From Takakia lepidozioides (lineage: Eukaryota > Plantae > Bryophyta), in assembly GCA_030704615.1 (NCBI GenBank), contig CM060732.1, positions 34,038,001 to 34,102,000 of the forward strand: a DNA stretch of 64,000 nucleotides, in the 5' to 3' direction. The notes below the pieces were generated by a model. It saw nothing but the letters and a program-made list of their open reading frames with translations. It was not told the DNA's origin and made no database searches. A program made the position numbers and the translations under genes. Positions 12,617 through 24,010 of this stretch are shown here, one piece after another; position 1 is the stretch's first letter; each line of letters begins with the position of its first letter.

Positions 12617-13318
12617 CCTTATGGCTTAGACTACTAGGTTCATAACATAAACCTGCACCTGCACCTGCATCCACCGCAAGCACTCATATGGTCTGTTGGT
12701 CATCAAGTACCCAGCCTCACCATAAGAGAACAATGATGGTCTGACAGGTCATCACCCCAGCCTCACCACCGACAACACGCTGTAGGATTGGCCGGTGATC
12801 AAATCTGGACCAACCTCCTATGAAAACAAGCGCCCACACAAAACTGACATGGCGCACAGTCAAGCATGCAGGTGTGGAGGGGATCCAAACACAAGAAAAT
12901 CAAACAGTAACTCACCCACACCAAAAATACTCCACAGTGTCGCTCCTATAAGTCACCCAGCCCAAACCCGGACTGACTCTTGCCTCCACCTACGGAAAGG
13001 TTTTGGCCTATAGAGAGGGTGGAAGACTACAAGGAAGAGAGACTAAAGCAATTCCTATCACAGCATGCTCTCATCCCACTACCCTATTTCCACACCCTCT
13101 TACTTAAGCAATAGACAAGACTTTTCAAGAATCTCTCAAATAACTCTCTATAAGCCCTCAAAATGTCTCTCAAATAATCTCACTAAGCTCCCAAAGCTTG
13201 GACAATGGTACTCCAAACAGTACACCAAGGCCCCAAGAGCATGCCAAATCTTGGCTCTCAAGGACCCCAAATAGTCCTTCAACAAGTCGCCAAAGACTCC
13301 TCAAGCTCGCCAAATATC
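12617..13318 (-). mobile_element. 3' part of family-2 LTR-like repeat (inverted partner of 4809-5096)
   Basis: Same CCCCAAATAGTCCTTCAA / GCCAAATAT repeat units as the reverse complement of 4840-5096. Confidence 0.55.
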
Positions 13319-14685
13319 TGTAAGCAGAGTTCGTGCTTTCATGGGGTTGACAAACTACTATCGACGGTTTGTCAAGGGATTCAGTAGCATTGCAAATACT
13401 CTTACGAGGTTGACCAAGGTGGGTCAGGAGTGGCAGTGGGAGGAGGGGCATGAGGAAGCCTTTGAAGAACTCAAGGCTCGATTGACTTCTGCACCTATTC
13501 GAAGACGGCCTATTTGGGGGCGGTATTTCCAACTACATACGGATTGGAGTATGCTAGGGATTGGAGCAGTGCTTATACAGGTGGATGATGAGAGAAGAGA
13601 GTTCGTAGTGGCATATGCTAGTCGCTCGAACAATGATGCTGAATCGAAGTATATAGCTCATATGAAGGAGAGTGTCTAGTTGCAGTATAGGCAGTGGCAC
13701 ATTTTAAATGCTATCTTTATGGCAATCTCATCACCTTTGTCACGGATCACCAACCATTGAAGTGGTTGATGAACACTACAACAGATCGTGGTAGTTGTGA
13801 CTGCCAAACCGTGGTAGTCATGGTTTTCATGGCTTTGACCATGACTGCACCATGTTTTTTTATATGAAATTGACCTCCCGCAGTCGTTCATATGACTGTA
13901 GTCATATGAACGACTATCTAAATAGTCGTCTGTATGATTACGTGGCTCCGGAATGGGCGGAAGGCTGGTCAATGGCAATTGACCAGATTTAGCTCACCAT
14001 TCATAGTCATTTCCATGACTACAGTGTACATGGATGAGGTTACATAGTCATGATGACTACTGGGGATTTTGTAATTTGGTGTGTATAATACAATTAAAAC
14101 ACCATATGATCATATGAATGACTAATGGGTGTATTGGTTAACAGGTAGTGAACTATAATTCTTATAGTAAAGAGGTTGCAGGTTCAAACTCCTCTAAGTA
14201 TAATCAAATGGATAAGATGGCCCTAGGGTTAGTAGGCGAGCTAGAGATAGCACGTGGTGCCCTAGACGGACTGCCACGTGGTTTTTTCATTATTATAAAA
14301 TATATTATGCCACGTGGCACAATGCGGTGCGACGCGGCGTTTGACATATGTTTTTATTTTTTCAGTTTTTTTAATTTAATTTAATTTTTTAAATCAATTG
14401 GACCTCACCACGTGGCGCGGCAGCGGCGACTGCAGTATGGTATATATGACTGCAGTGAGAGATATCACTTGGTTCATATGATTGTAGTCATCCGGACCAT
14501 ACCATCCTGTACTCATTGTATTGACTTGGTTTGCACGACTTACAGTCATAGAAGTCATATGTATCGTTTATGACTACAGAATAATCATATATACAGTCAT
14601 AAATACCGCGATCTGTTGTAGTGGAAGTCAGACAAGCTTATAGGGAAGCTTGTACGGTGGGCACTTATGCTTCAAGAGTACGACT
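13319..14685 (+). pseudogene. Gypsy RT connection / RNase H, interrupted by CACTA element
   Basis: VSRVRAFMGLTNYYRRFVKGFS..FQLHTDWS..VVAYASRSNN..TDHQPLKWLM | DKLIGKLVRWALMLQEYD. Confidence 0.92.
13774..14623. mobile_element. Non-autonomous CACTA (En/Spm) element, 850 bp
   Basis: TIR CACTACAACAGATCG.GGTA at both ends, 3-bp TSD GAA (13771-13773 and 14624-14626), many ATGACT/AGTCAT subterminal repeats. Confidence 0.95.
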
Positions 14686-15293
14686 CTTTGGCCGAGAGCC
14701 AGATTTGCATACATCTATTCGCAGGGAGACTGCAGTAGTCCTCAACCTTGATGATCCGGATATGTGGACACAAGCATGTGCCCAGCGGGTAGAGTTGTTT
14801 CAAGAGAGTCATGCCTATGGCTTTTGAGAACGTTACTATTGCCCAACACCGAGATACATTGAGGTACGTCACTATACGTGGAGAGCGATATCGGCCAGGT
14901 GTTCGGCGTTTCCACCCTGGGGACTATGTGTATCTGCAGCAGACAGCACCTACAACCTTGGATGTCACAGTAGGGCGTGTGATTCTACGGGTACAGGAGG
15001 TGTTGTCTTCAGGAGTATTGATTATGGAGGGTCGATATGGCATGGTATGGAATAACCATGTGCGTAATTGTGCGCCATGTCACCTTCCACATGTGGATGG
15101 GAAGATAGATCCCAACCTTCTAGTGGTACCTATAGGGTTGCGTTGCATGCTATGTGGGCATGTTGGTGGTGCAGCCACCATGCTGGTGTGTGATAAATGC
15201 TCAAGGGGGTGGCACATGGGATGTTTGACACCGCCACTTGAGGAGGTTCCTAGCGGAGAATGGTTGTGTCCACGATGCATTGGACAGAGGTAG
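14686..15293 (+). pseudogene. Integrase C-terminal region plus PHD finger (integrase zinc finger and DDE core deleted)
   Basis: LFGREP..AQHRDTLRY..FHPGDYVYL followed by C4HC3 CMLC..MLVCDKCSRGWHMGCLTPPLEEVPSGEWLCPRC*; LQEYD joins directly to LFGRE. Confidence 0.88.
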
Positions 15294-15538
15294 TGGGCAT
15301 GACAATGGTGAAATTGACAAGTGATCCAAGGTCTAGGTAGTGGGAGTTCAATGCCATGGATACTCAATTGAAGATCATGGATTATAGGCAGGTGACTAAC
15401 GATGGGGCTACTTTTACACCTGACATCTTGATTTATCGACTTCAGATGTTGGGACTTGTATGATTGAAGACCAAGCGATGATCTTATTGGGTGGATACTT
15501 GTCAGTTATCCGGTGTTAGAGGGACCTAATCACCAGCT

Positions 15539-15634
15539 AGGGGGGTAATTGTGGCATAGCTTTCTAGGATTGTATGCTTAGGACGTGTGATGGACAGCTA
15601 TGTATGTTGTGGCACGATGCTTAGGTGCACGACA
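15539..15634 (+). mobile_element. Polypurine tract and start of 3' LTR
   Basis: AGGGGGG-TAAT then TGTGGCATAG at 15550, ~250 bp after the pol stop; the first ~85 bp are duplicated at 15889-15973. Confidence 0.65.
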
Positions 15635-16891
15635 GCTGTCATGGTTTTAATCATGGTTAACTAGAATTACCTACTTCCCCTTGTGAGGGTTGAGGAGGGC
15701 TCATCTTCTTGTAGTTGAGCCTCCATGAGCCTCTCTCACCTCCATAGCTCTAGGTATTGAGAGGGAGTGTGGTGAGGGCTTTGTAGGGTGGATTCCCTTA
15801 GCAAGGGTGCCCTTGGCTTGACTTAGTTTATGTGATTGAATGGATTCATGAGTGGAGGGTTTCCATTGTGTTCACTTTTCATTATCATTGTGGCATAGTT
15901 TTCTAGGATTGTATGCTTAGGATGTGTGATGGATAGCGATGTATGTTGTGGCACGATGCTTAGGTGCATGACACAGTAGGCAATACAACAAAATGGAGAG
16001 AGAGGTACTGGTCTCATGATGCTCCAAAACAATGGTATCCATGGGCTTGAGCGCGGGCAACTCAGGCACCTCGAGATCAGCTGCCAAAAGTTGTCCCATT
16101 GATGCCAATAGAACCCCATTGCCGCCAAACTGCTTTCACCACTTCCAAGATAAGCTAGGGTTTGTTGTTGTGGGGATTATTGGTGAAACAGACAATATGT
16201 AAGAAAAGACACGGGTTGCTCAACGTAGTAAAGCAAGGCGTTGCGTTGCATAAGGTTTGAGGTGACAGTTTCTGCACGGTTTTTAGGCCTATTAACCCTT
16301 AATTTCCTACAAATAGAGTTTTTTTGCCTTTTAAATTTTTTACCCTAGACAGTAAAACCAAGCTACCCACCTACCATACTACATCCATAAATATGAACCT
16401 TACAAAACCTGTTGCTACCTAGCACATGAATCCAGATACCAAACCTTGAAGAATTTCACCACAAACTATTCAAGATTATAGTGCTTTGGTGGGATCTCTT
16501 TTGTTTTTGGGAATTTGAAAAACCTGCAATGTCAGGTTTGACCGAGAATTTGTTGTATCGGGTTCATTTTTGCTGAGCCCCTCACTTGTTTTTTTTAGAA
16601 AAAAGGACTTAAGGAAGCCCTTGAGAGCTTTATTTAGAATTACTAACAAAAAATGACATACATGCAAAATTAAGAAAATCAGCCAGCCGAAAATCAATTT
16701 ACAGCTGTCAAGGGCACAAAAACTGTAGTATTGGAGTTCAAAAACTCAATTGAACTGTACACCTCTGAATTGAGTTGACTTCAAGCCATTGCCAAAAAGT
16801 TGAAACTAAGAAGCTCCTGAGTAGAGCTAAGAATTTGAAACCTAGAAGCTCCTGAATCAATGAATCAACATCTGCCAAAAATCACGGTCTT

Positions 16892-19110
16892 CTAGGATGA
16901 GTCATTTTTCAAAATTTTCACCAAGAGTTCATTTGTAGAAGCAGCATCAGGTAATTGAAAACTCATGCAACAATTGTTGACACCGCAAAAACTTCGACCA
17001 AAGTAATTCGTAGCTGTAGATCTGTTCCCCGAATTCAACTTCTCTTCAATGGCACGATCAATTGCAGCAATATTCTCTGTAGATAATTCCAAAAATTTGT
17101 CATCCGAAACATATGAAACAATCTGAGTAAAAGGGCCTGCGACACAACTTGTAGGAACCAAATCACCTTGTACCCCCACAGATACAGCGTGAGCGGTTAC
17201 ATAATGGGACACGCCTCTTGCACCAATTAAAACAAGAGCACTAGTACCACTTGCAGAATTGGTCAGTTGTGGAAGAGACTCGTCTTCTACTTAGATCTTA
17301 GCGTGTGAGCTTGAGCACATCCGTTATAGTTGCGGCCAACTAATGTCACCTCCAGTACCAGGGTCACGTGAAACAATGTTCTGAAGCGCCCTGTGAATTG
17401 CTTCATCATTTTCAGTGTTATACCTCATATGTTATCCCTCAACCGAATTATGACATGTTTAGATTTTTGTCTATGTGTGCAGGTACTCCCATAGCATGCA
17501 ATCTGGTAACACACGTCGAACCGAGTACTCTTATTCGAAAGAAGCCTTTCTCGCAACTCGGCAAGTGTGCAAGTGTTCAACTAGCTTTGCTAAGCTTAGC
17601 CACTTTGCGATTATCTTGAGGCCCATGCGGGATTTGTTGTACCACTGCAATCAATGTACAACAAATACTATTAGCAATTAAAATCTATCGATTATTCCAG
17701 ATTAAGTACTGCAAGTAATCAACAAATATACAATGAAAATTATAAGCACCTACCACGCCAGGGTCCTGAGAATCCACTTCGGGCGATGGTCAAATAAGGT
17801 GCGAAATGTGTCATAAACATTTGGAATGGAGGAGTATATATGCTTCCTTAATCGCTCAAGCTGGCAGAGAGCCAAATCAACCTTGTGGTTTTTAGACTCA
17901 CACTCATTGAAGCGAACAGACTTCCTCCCATCTGAAGACACTCCAAAACTGAAATCGATATCTTGTAGGTTGTACAACTCTACCTACACACGGACACCAA
18001 AGTTCCTAAGACATAGGAAGACGGTTCTCAACTGGCAGCCGCGGGGTTGATCACATTGCATATGAGGAAGCTCCAGAAGAACTTTTTCAGCATCAGCCGT
18101 ACGTGCTTTCGTGACACGTCTCTTACGGCCGATTTCGGCCGCACTAGACCCCCTAACTGCAATTTCACATGACTTCCTAACCGTAAAGGATTTTGGGGGC
18201 AGATTATGCCTTTTTGAGGCAAATTAAAGCAGAAGATTGTCTCTCCACGGTGCGCATTATGCATTCGTAATCGGCAATTTGACTCTCATAATCGGTTGTT
18301 TGACTTTTAGCAGCTCATTATGGCCTGCAGCCTATCACAGGCCTCATAATTTGCCCTCAAAATCCTTTACGCCGGGGAATGTGCCCCTAAGGGCGCATTA
18401 TGCCTCCTAGTTCGTTCCTAGGTCTCGGCCTACCGGCCTCGCCCTAACTTGTCCTTGGAGGCATAATGCACCCTTGGGTGCATTCTCTAGTACTCTCTAG
18501 TACTCTAAGAACCATCCATTGTAGACAATGTTGAATTCCTCGGCTGGATCACCAGTTTCTACCGTACCGCTGGTCTAATCTCGCACATATCACACTGCTA
18601 ATGGCCGTCAAGAGACACACAAATCTGCAATGAGTTCCACAAAGAGTTAAAAGTTGATCACAGAAGAAAAACGTCGTAGATGAAACAATGAAATAGGAAG
18701 ACAATGAAACACCTCAATGATGGAACTCACGTTTCATTAGGGTAGAGATTACCATCCTTCTTATGTACTTGCAAAAAGAAGGTGTGGAGAAGGTCGCCAA
18801 TTTGTTGAATATCCATTTCAAACATGTTAGCAATCAAAAGGTCTGTGGAGATTTTTTGCACTTTGTAGCGTCATGCATCATCTATTACATGTTGTCCATA
18901 TCTTTGGATTTCCGTTCAAGGTCCGTTCACCACCCTTGGCCAGCTGCCACAATCTCCACCTCGTGCCGTGCATCAAGGGCTCAAAATCCCTTGCGTAGAA
19001 TATCCATGTCTCCGTTAGGGCCAGGAGGCTGATTCTCATCCTGACCACGATCAACTGATCTTGGAACCATGAAACAACTCATTCTCAACGAATTTGTTGT
19101 AGCGATCAAG
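16892..19110 (-). pseudogene. Crypton/DUF3504-type tyrosine recombinase, copy B (heavily decayed, with introns)
   Basis: KKDGNLYPNET, RNFGVR..ELYNL, SKNHKVD, WYNKSRMGLK, FSNKSTR..TCVTRLHAMGVP, C-terminal GVNNCCMSF; colinear with copy A. Confidence 0.7.
18180..18490. mobile_element. Short hairpin-rich insertion in copy B, related to the repeats flanking copy A
   Basis: IR 18182-18208/18345-18371; nested IR around CTCGGCCTACCGGCCTCG (18424-18441); recombinase reading frame resumes on either side. Confidence 0.6.
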
Positions 19111-19838
19111 AATCTCTCGTCAAAATTGGAATAGGTCAAGACACATGAACATCATAATGGTCAGCGTAAGACATTGTTGCGCCTAATCAGCAATAGAACT
19201 TGGTGGTAGAATGTTGCTGACATTGCCGAGGACATCTCGTCCAGACATGATGCAAGCAAGTAGTAATAGTGAGCACACACACGACAACAACTTGCGAAAA
19301 TAAAAAGACTGGGAACATGGGAAAGTACAGCGGGGAGCAGTGGGACAACAATGTGACGGATTTGAAAGGAAATTATAACAAGGGAGAATATAAAGTTGGC
19401 CTAGTTATATGCAGAAGCGGCCACCCCAAACCTTTACGCCAGGGAACCCCCCTAAGGTGCGTTCTGGCACTTAGTTCGTCCCTAGGGCCTACTTGTTTTT
19501 GGGGGCAGATTACTGCCATTTTTGAGGTATTGCATATTGGTTAGCCTATTTATACTCCTATTGACCATTACACTGTTCTGACCATTTCAAGTCGTAATCG
19601 GCAGTCCAAGGGAAGTAATGGCCCACAAGGACATTACACTGCATTTACACACACACGACAGAATCGGTCATATCAATGATACGGTACGTCCAACGTACAT
19701 CAGTTTTTCTACTAATGTTCTAATTACTAATTTCCTGGTAAAAATTTCCTATTGCCTAAAAAATTGCCAAGGAAATGTTTTACTAAGCACACTGCAATGG
19801 CTAAAATTGTTACAAGTACAACAAAAATCAGTGCTAAT

Positions 19839-21900
19839 CTACACTGTAATATATTCTAGCAATCGTGGAGCCTTTTTCTCCGTCAACTCTGAAGCAGCAA
19901 CAACATCTGGGATCGTGAAATGAATCGTGCAATTCGTGAATGTTCCAAATTGTTGCCCAACCCTTGTATTAGCCACTGTCAAGGCCCTCATCGCAAGATG
20001 CTTCGCAATTGCATTGTCAACGGCAGTAAGAACCTCATGCGTGTAGTAAAACTCTTCCTCGTGGTCAACCTTACCCTTCACCTCTTGCATCAGTTGCAGA
20101 GAAGTAGATCCATCAGAAGCTTGAGTTCTCCACCAGATGAAAAAACTGGAGTAACTTGAGGTAATTGAACATCACCAGAGACAATTCCTGGAATCTCACA
20201 AACATTTAAGGCGGCAGGGTTTGAACTTCCGTCCCCAACAAAGGTTCCCTGAAAATATAACATACCAAACAATGAGTGAAACAAATACAACAAGAACCGG
20301 ATTACATAGCAACAACATATCGACATTTACTAATAAGTATCCGATCAACTTTCTCAGCTCGTTCTTGTTCATATTTTAGTGCAGCTTCCCAAGAGACATC
20401 TCCCCCAGTTCCAGGTACACAAGAGACTATGTTTTGCACGGCCCTGCTGTAAATTCCATCGGTGTCAGTATCATATCGCATGTAAGCATCGCGGGATTTG
20501 TGACCAGTCAGTCGCATTTCGATTTTGATGGGTACTCCCATTTGGTTGCAGCGATTTATTGCTGTACCTCTCAATGATTTGCTACTGATGCCTTCGGCAT
20601 CAAGACCCGCCTCCAGCACCATCTCTCGCATCATTTGGGCGATATTTTTTATTCCCATGCGCATACGGGAGTACCACTACCAAATCACCACATTATTTGA
20701 TTAGTAACAGCTCTTACATTAATAATAGAACGCAGAAACTCCAAGGACCAAAACATAAAAGATTACTCACCACTCCTGGCTCTTTCGACTGCCCTTCCAA
20801 AGGCCTCTAAAACAATGGATTATGAGACATTACATGTAACCTCAGTTTCTCGGGTTGACAGTGTAGGATGTCTATTTTATGATTCTTGCTCTGCCGTTCA
20901 TCGTAGCGGATAAATTTTCCGAATGCGTCAAAAACAAAAGTGAAATCAGAGTCAACAATGTTATACATCTCGGTCTGAGCCTTGATGGAGAAGTTCTTCG
21001 AACAATAGAAGCACATTTTGTATGCGCAGCCTCTAGGATCAACTCTAGAAGTAATCGGTACGTTCAAAATATTCTACTCTTCATTGCGAGAGAGGCCCTT
21101 GCATTCTTTGCGCTTACTGAACGCTTTATAGCAGTGTCAACTGACACTTGAACTCGTTTGAATCGACAATCACGAAGAATGTTGAACTGGAGTCCGGGCT
21201 CTCCAGTCTCCACTGTTCGCGCCTCCAGTTCAATGTTCTTCGTGATTCTCGATTCAAACGAGTTCTAGTGTCAGTTGACCACTCAATTGAACAATTCCGC
21301 GAAATAAACCTCCAAGCCTACACAATTCACATTGACTAAGATTAGAATATTACACAAATAGAACTGCAATAAAAAATTACAGAAACAAGAAACAATGATA
21401 CTTATGTCTCCGGGGGATATAATGTGCCATCCTGCTTTTGTACCATCATGAAGAACTAGCTAAGTAGTTCACAAGCTCTTTCACGTCACGTTCGTACATA
21501 TCCTCTATCGATTTCTCCTGAGGAATATTCATATGTTTCCTCCAATCATCGAAGTGGCGCCTAGACCACCGATCAACATCAGAGGACTTCCTGTGACCTC
21601 CAGAATTGACAATGTTTTCTTCATCTGGATCAACTGACCGAAATCCTCGAGCGATGGAGGGATCACCGCCAGTTTGTGCATCAGTTTCATCGTCCTCAGT
21701 CTCTTCAATTTCTTGAATCTCAGATGGATCTACATATTGCACATTGATCTCAGATGGAGTGGACTCAGTAACAACACCAGACTCAACCAGAATAGGAGTG
21801 TCAGAATGCTCAATAGTTTGCCGGACAGCCTTGGACGGTGGATTCACAGGTTTAAGCTCACCGGTCTCCTTCAAGGGAAAAAGCTGAATGTTCCTTACGC
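19839..21900 (-). pseudogene. Crypton/DUF3504-type tyrosine recombinase, copy A (introns, a few disabling lesions)
   Basis: DRWSRRHFDDWR, KQDGTLYPPET, SKNHK, MGIKNIAQMMREMVLEAGL..ISSKSLRGTAINR..GVP..MRLTGHKSRDAYMRY, C-terminal FTNCTIHF. Confidence 0.8.
21136..21279. repeat. Near-perfect fold-back: 57-bp stem, 30-nt loop
   Basis: 21136-21192 is the reverse complement of 21223-21279 except for 4 positions. Confidence 0.92.
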
Positions 21901-22351
21901 ACAAGAGAAGGCGCCCCCTACTAGGCCCTAGGGACGAACTAGGTGCCAGAATGCACCTTAGGGGGCGCCTTCCGTGGCGTAAAGGTTTGGGGTGGCCGCT
22001 TCTGTGGTCGTACCATGGTCTTACCAGCAGGGTCTCGACCATTCCAGTGCGTAATTTGTTTTTGGAGGCAGATTACAAATTTTCATCCAGGTCTACCGTC
22101 AATTTTCATCCATTTTCATCCAAATCCATTTCTCTATCTATTTATAGATAGTATTAGCTGACGCGCGTGCATTTTCAGGTGTCTCCCGCGTTGTTTTTTC
22201 CAAGTGAACTTCCCGCTTGATTTCTGTTATCTGCTTTGTATTCAATGAGTGAGAATGATGCAGTTTATCTTGGCTCTAATGACGTTCATGCGCTTGTCTA
22301 CTACAATACAGTTTCTCGTAATCCTCGGCAATTACCTGATAGCAGCAATAC

Positions 22352-23020
22352 TGTGGCAAATGTTAGAAATCTGAAGATGCCGTTAAATGCTGATGTTGAC
22401 GATGATCAATTCATCAGTTGCATACGGTCAGGCTGGCCAGTGCATTACAACGTCACTGGCGTTCTTCCCTGTGCGTTCTTCACACACGGTAAGCCTCCTC
22501 GTGTCGGGGATTATGTGTAGGGTAAAGGCCTCATGCCTTACAGGGTTCGAGGCCACGTCGAAGGCGCAGCCCCAGACCTAGGGCCAAGGACCATGTACTG
22601 GCCAAGGGCTGGGGCTTTACCCTGCGTAAAGAAGCGAATGAGTACTACGTGTTATCCGGCGCAATCTGATTGCCGGTGAATTATCCCATACCGATTGCCC
22701 GTACTCAGCACCCTGTATAGTATATAAATGGGGTGAGCTCTCCAAGGGACTCGAGGGTTGGCGTGTAGGTTATTAGTTCTTACGTAGGAATGTACTTACC
22801 CTAAAATTTGTCCAGATAAGCCTACAAAAAGTGATGATGTTCTTTATGTGTAAGGTTAGCCTCCTCGTGTCGGTTTATAGGACCAATCCCCCAAAGGAGG
22901 CTGTAGCCGCATGGTGAAGTGGCTCCGTGCAGTGGCTCTTAGTTACGCTGGCTTGGGTTGGCGTCTTCTCTCTCTCTCCTCGTGTCGGTTACCGAAATGA
23001 GCCCTACCACAAGGCGGTCA
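22352..23020 (+). mobile_element. Possible solo LTR
   Basis: TG...CA ends (TGTGG / TCACA), TATATAAAT at ~22721, CTCCTCGTGTCGG repeated 3 times; no TSD found. Confidence 0.3.
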
Positions 23021-24010
23021 CAAATTTAAGCTCACTGGTTTCTTTTGAGGGAAAAAACTGAAAGCTCTTTACGGAACTAGCATGGTCTGTATTCCCTGGA
23101 AATGGGGCGTCCCTTGACCTGACAGTCCGACTCTGTCCAACAGCCTCTTATTTGGACGACATGGCGTGGGGTGTCAAAGCTTGCCATTTCCTTTGGAGAT
23201 GCAGGTCCCTGGGCCGTTGCCCCCTCCCAACCCCACTTCTCCCCGCCTTCTACAAGAGAAGCAGCAAGGCTTGAAACCGGCGTTCCGGCCTTTTCAACCC
23301 CTCGTGACTGTCATGACAATCTGCGCTGAGCGGCTTCCGCGATGATGCACAAGTGGGCTTCGCTGCTGCAATGTTTGCTTGAGGAATGTGACAAGACACT
23401 GGATTCCCCTGAGGAGAGAGATGAAGCCAACGTTCTCTAGCCTAGAGCAATCTCTATTAGACTGTTTTCAAAACAGCCCAAACGTCTTTTTCTTCTACGG
23501 AATTTCGGATTTTTGTTCTTTCTTCTTTATCCATTCCCATCACTTTGTTGGATGCTTTGCATATGCTTTCAGAGCACATTTGGTGCAGTACTGATTTTCT
23601 TCAAATTGGGCAACTATTTGCTTGGTTGCAGACTCCTGAAAATCATGCCAAGAATTGTGGTCTGCCAGCACTTGTTGAACTAATGTCCAAGCGCGGCCAG
23701 ATTTAGGGAGACTTCATGAGGCACCATCCGTATACCAACCCACCACACCGAACCATACAAATACAAGAGAGAAGGTAGGCAGGATTTGAGCCCCAAACCC
23801 TACTAGAGAATGACACAAAGTGCACCATCCAACTGAATAGAACAGATTCCATATTGGGACCGCTGAACTATTAGCGGCTGTTCATACAGTTTTGAATAGA
23901 AAACAAACTTTTGTTGAGATACAGACAAAAAAATTGAGTCTTTGTTAGATTCCAACCTTTGCAAGCCCACCAACTCCTTTGTCACTCCCACTATTACATT
24001 TACGAGGAAT

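Larger units (their letters stand above)
5097..15634. mobile_element. Decayed Ty3/Gypsy LTR retrotransposon (gag-PR-DNMT-RT-RNaseH-INT-PHD), 5' half inverted
   Basis: gag, PR, DNMT and RT on minus strand 12385->5097; RNase H, integrase C-terminus, PHD, PPT and LTR start on plus strand 13319->15634; Gypsy domain order. Confidence 0.88.
19412..22004. repeat. ~80-bp inverted repeat pair (19412-19491 / 21922-22004) bracketing recombinase copy A
   Basis: CAGAAGCGGCCACCCCAAACCTTTACGCC...TAGTTCGTCCCTAGGGCCTA and its reverse complement. Confidence 0.85.

Noticed and set aside
23150-23400. GC-rich stretch with ATGATG and CTGA boxes suggesting a snoRNA
   Set aside because: Boxes in wrong order, no USE/TATA or rRNA guide recognised
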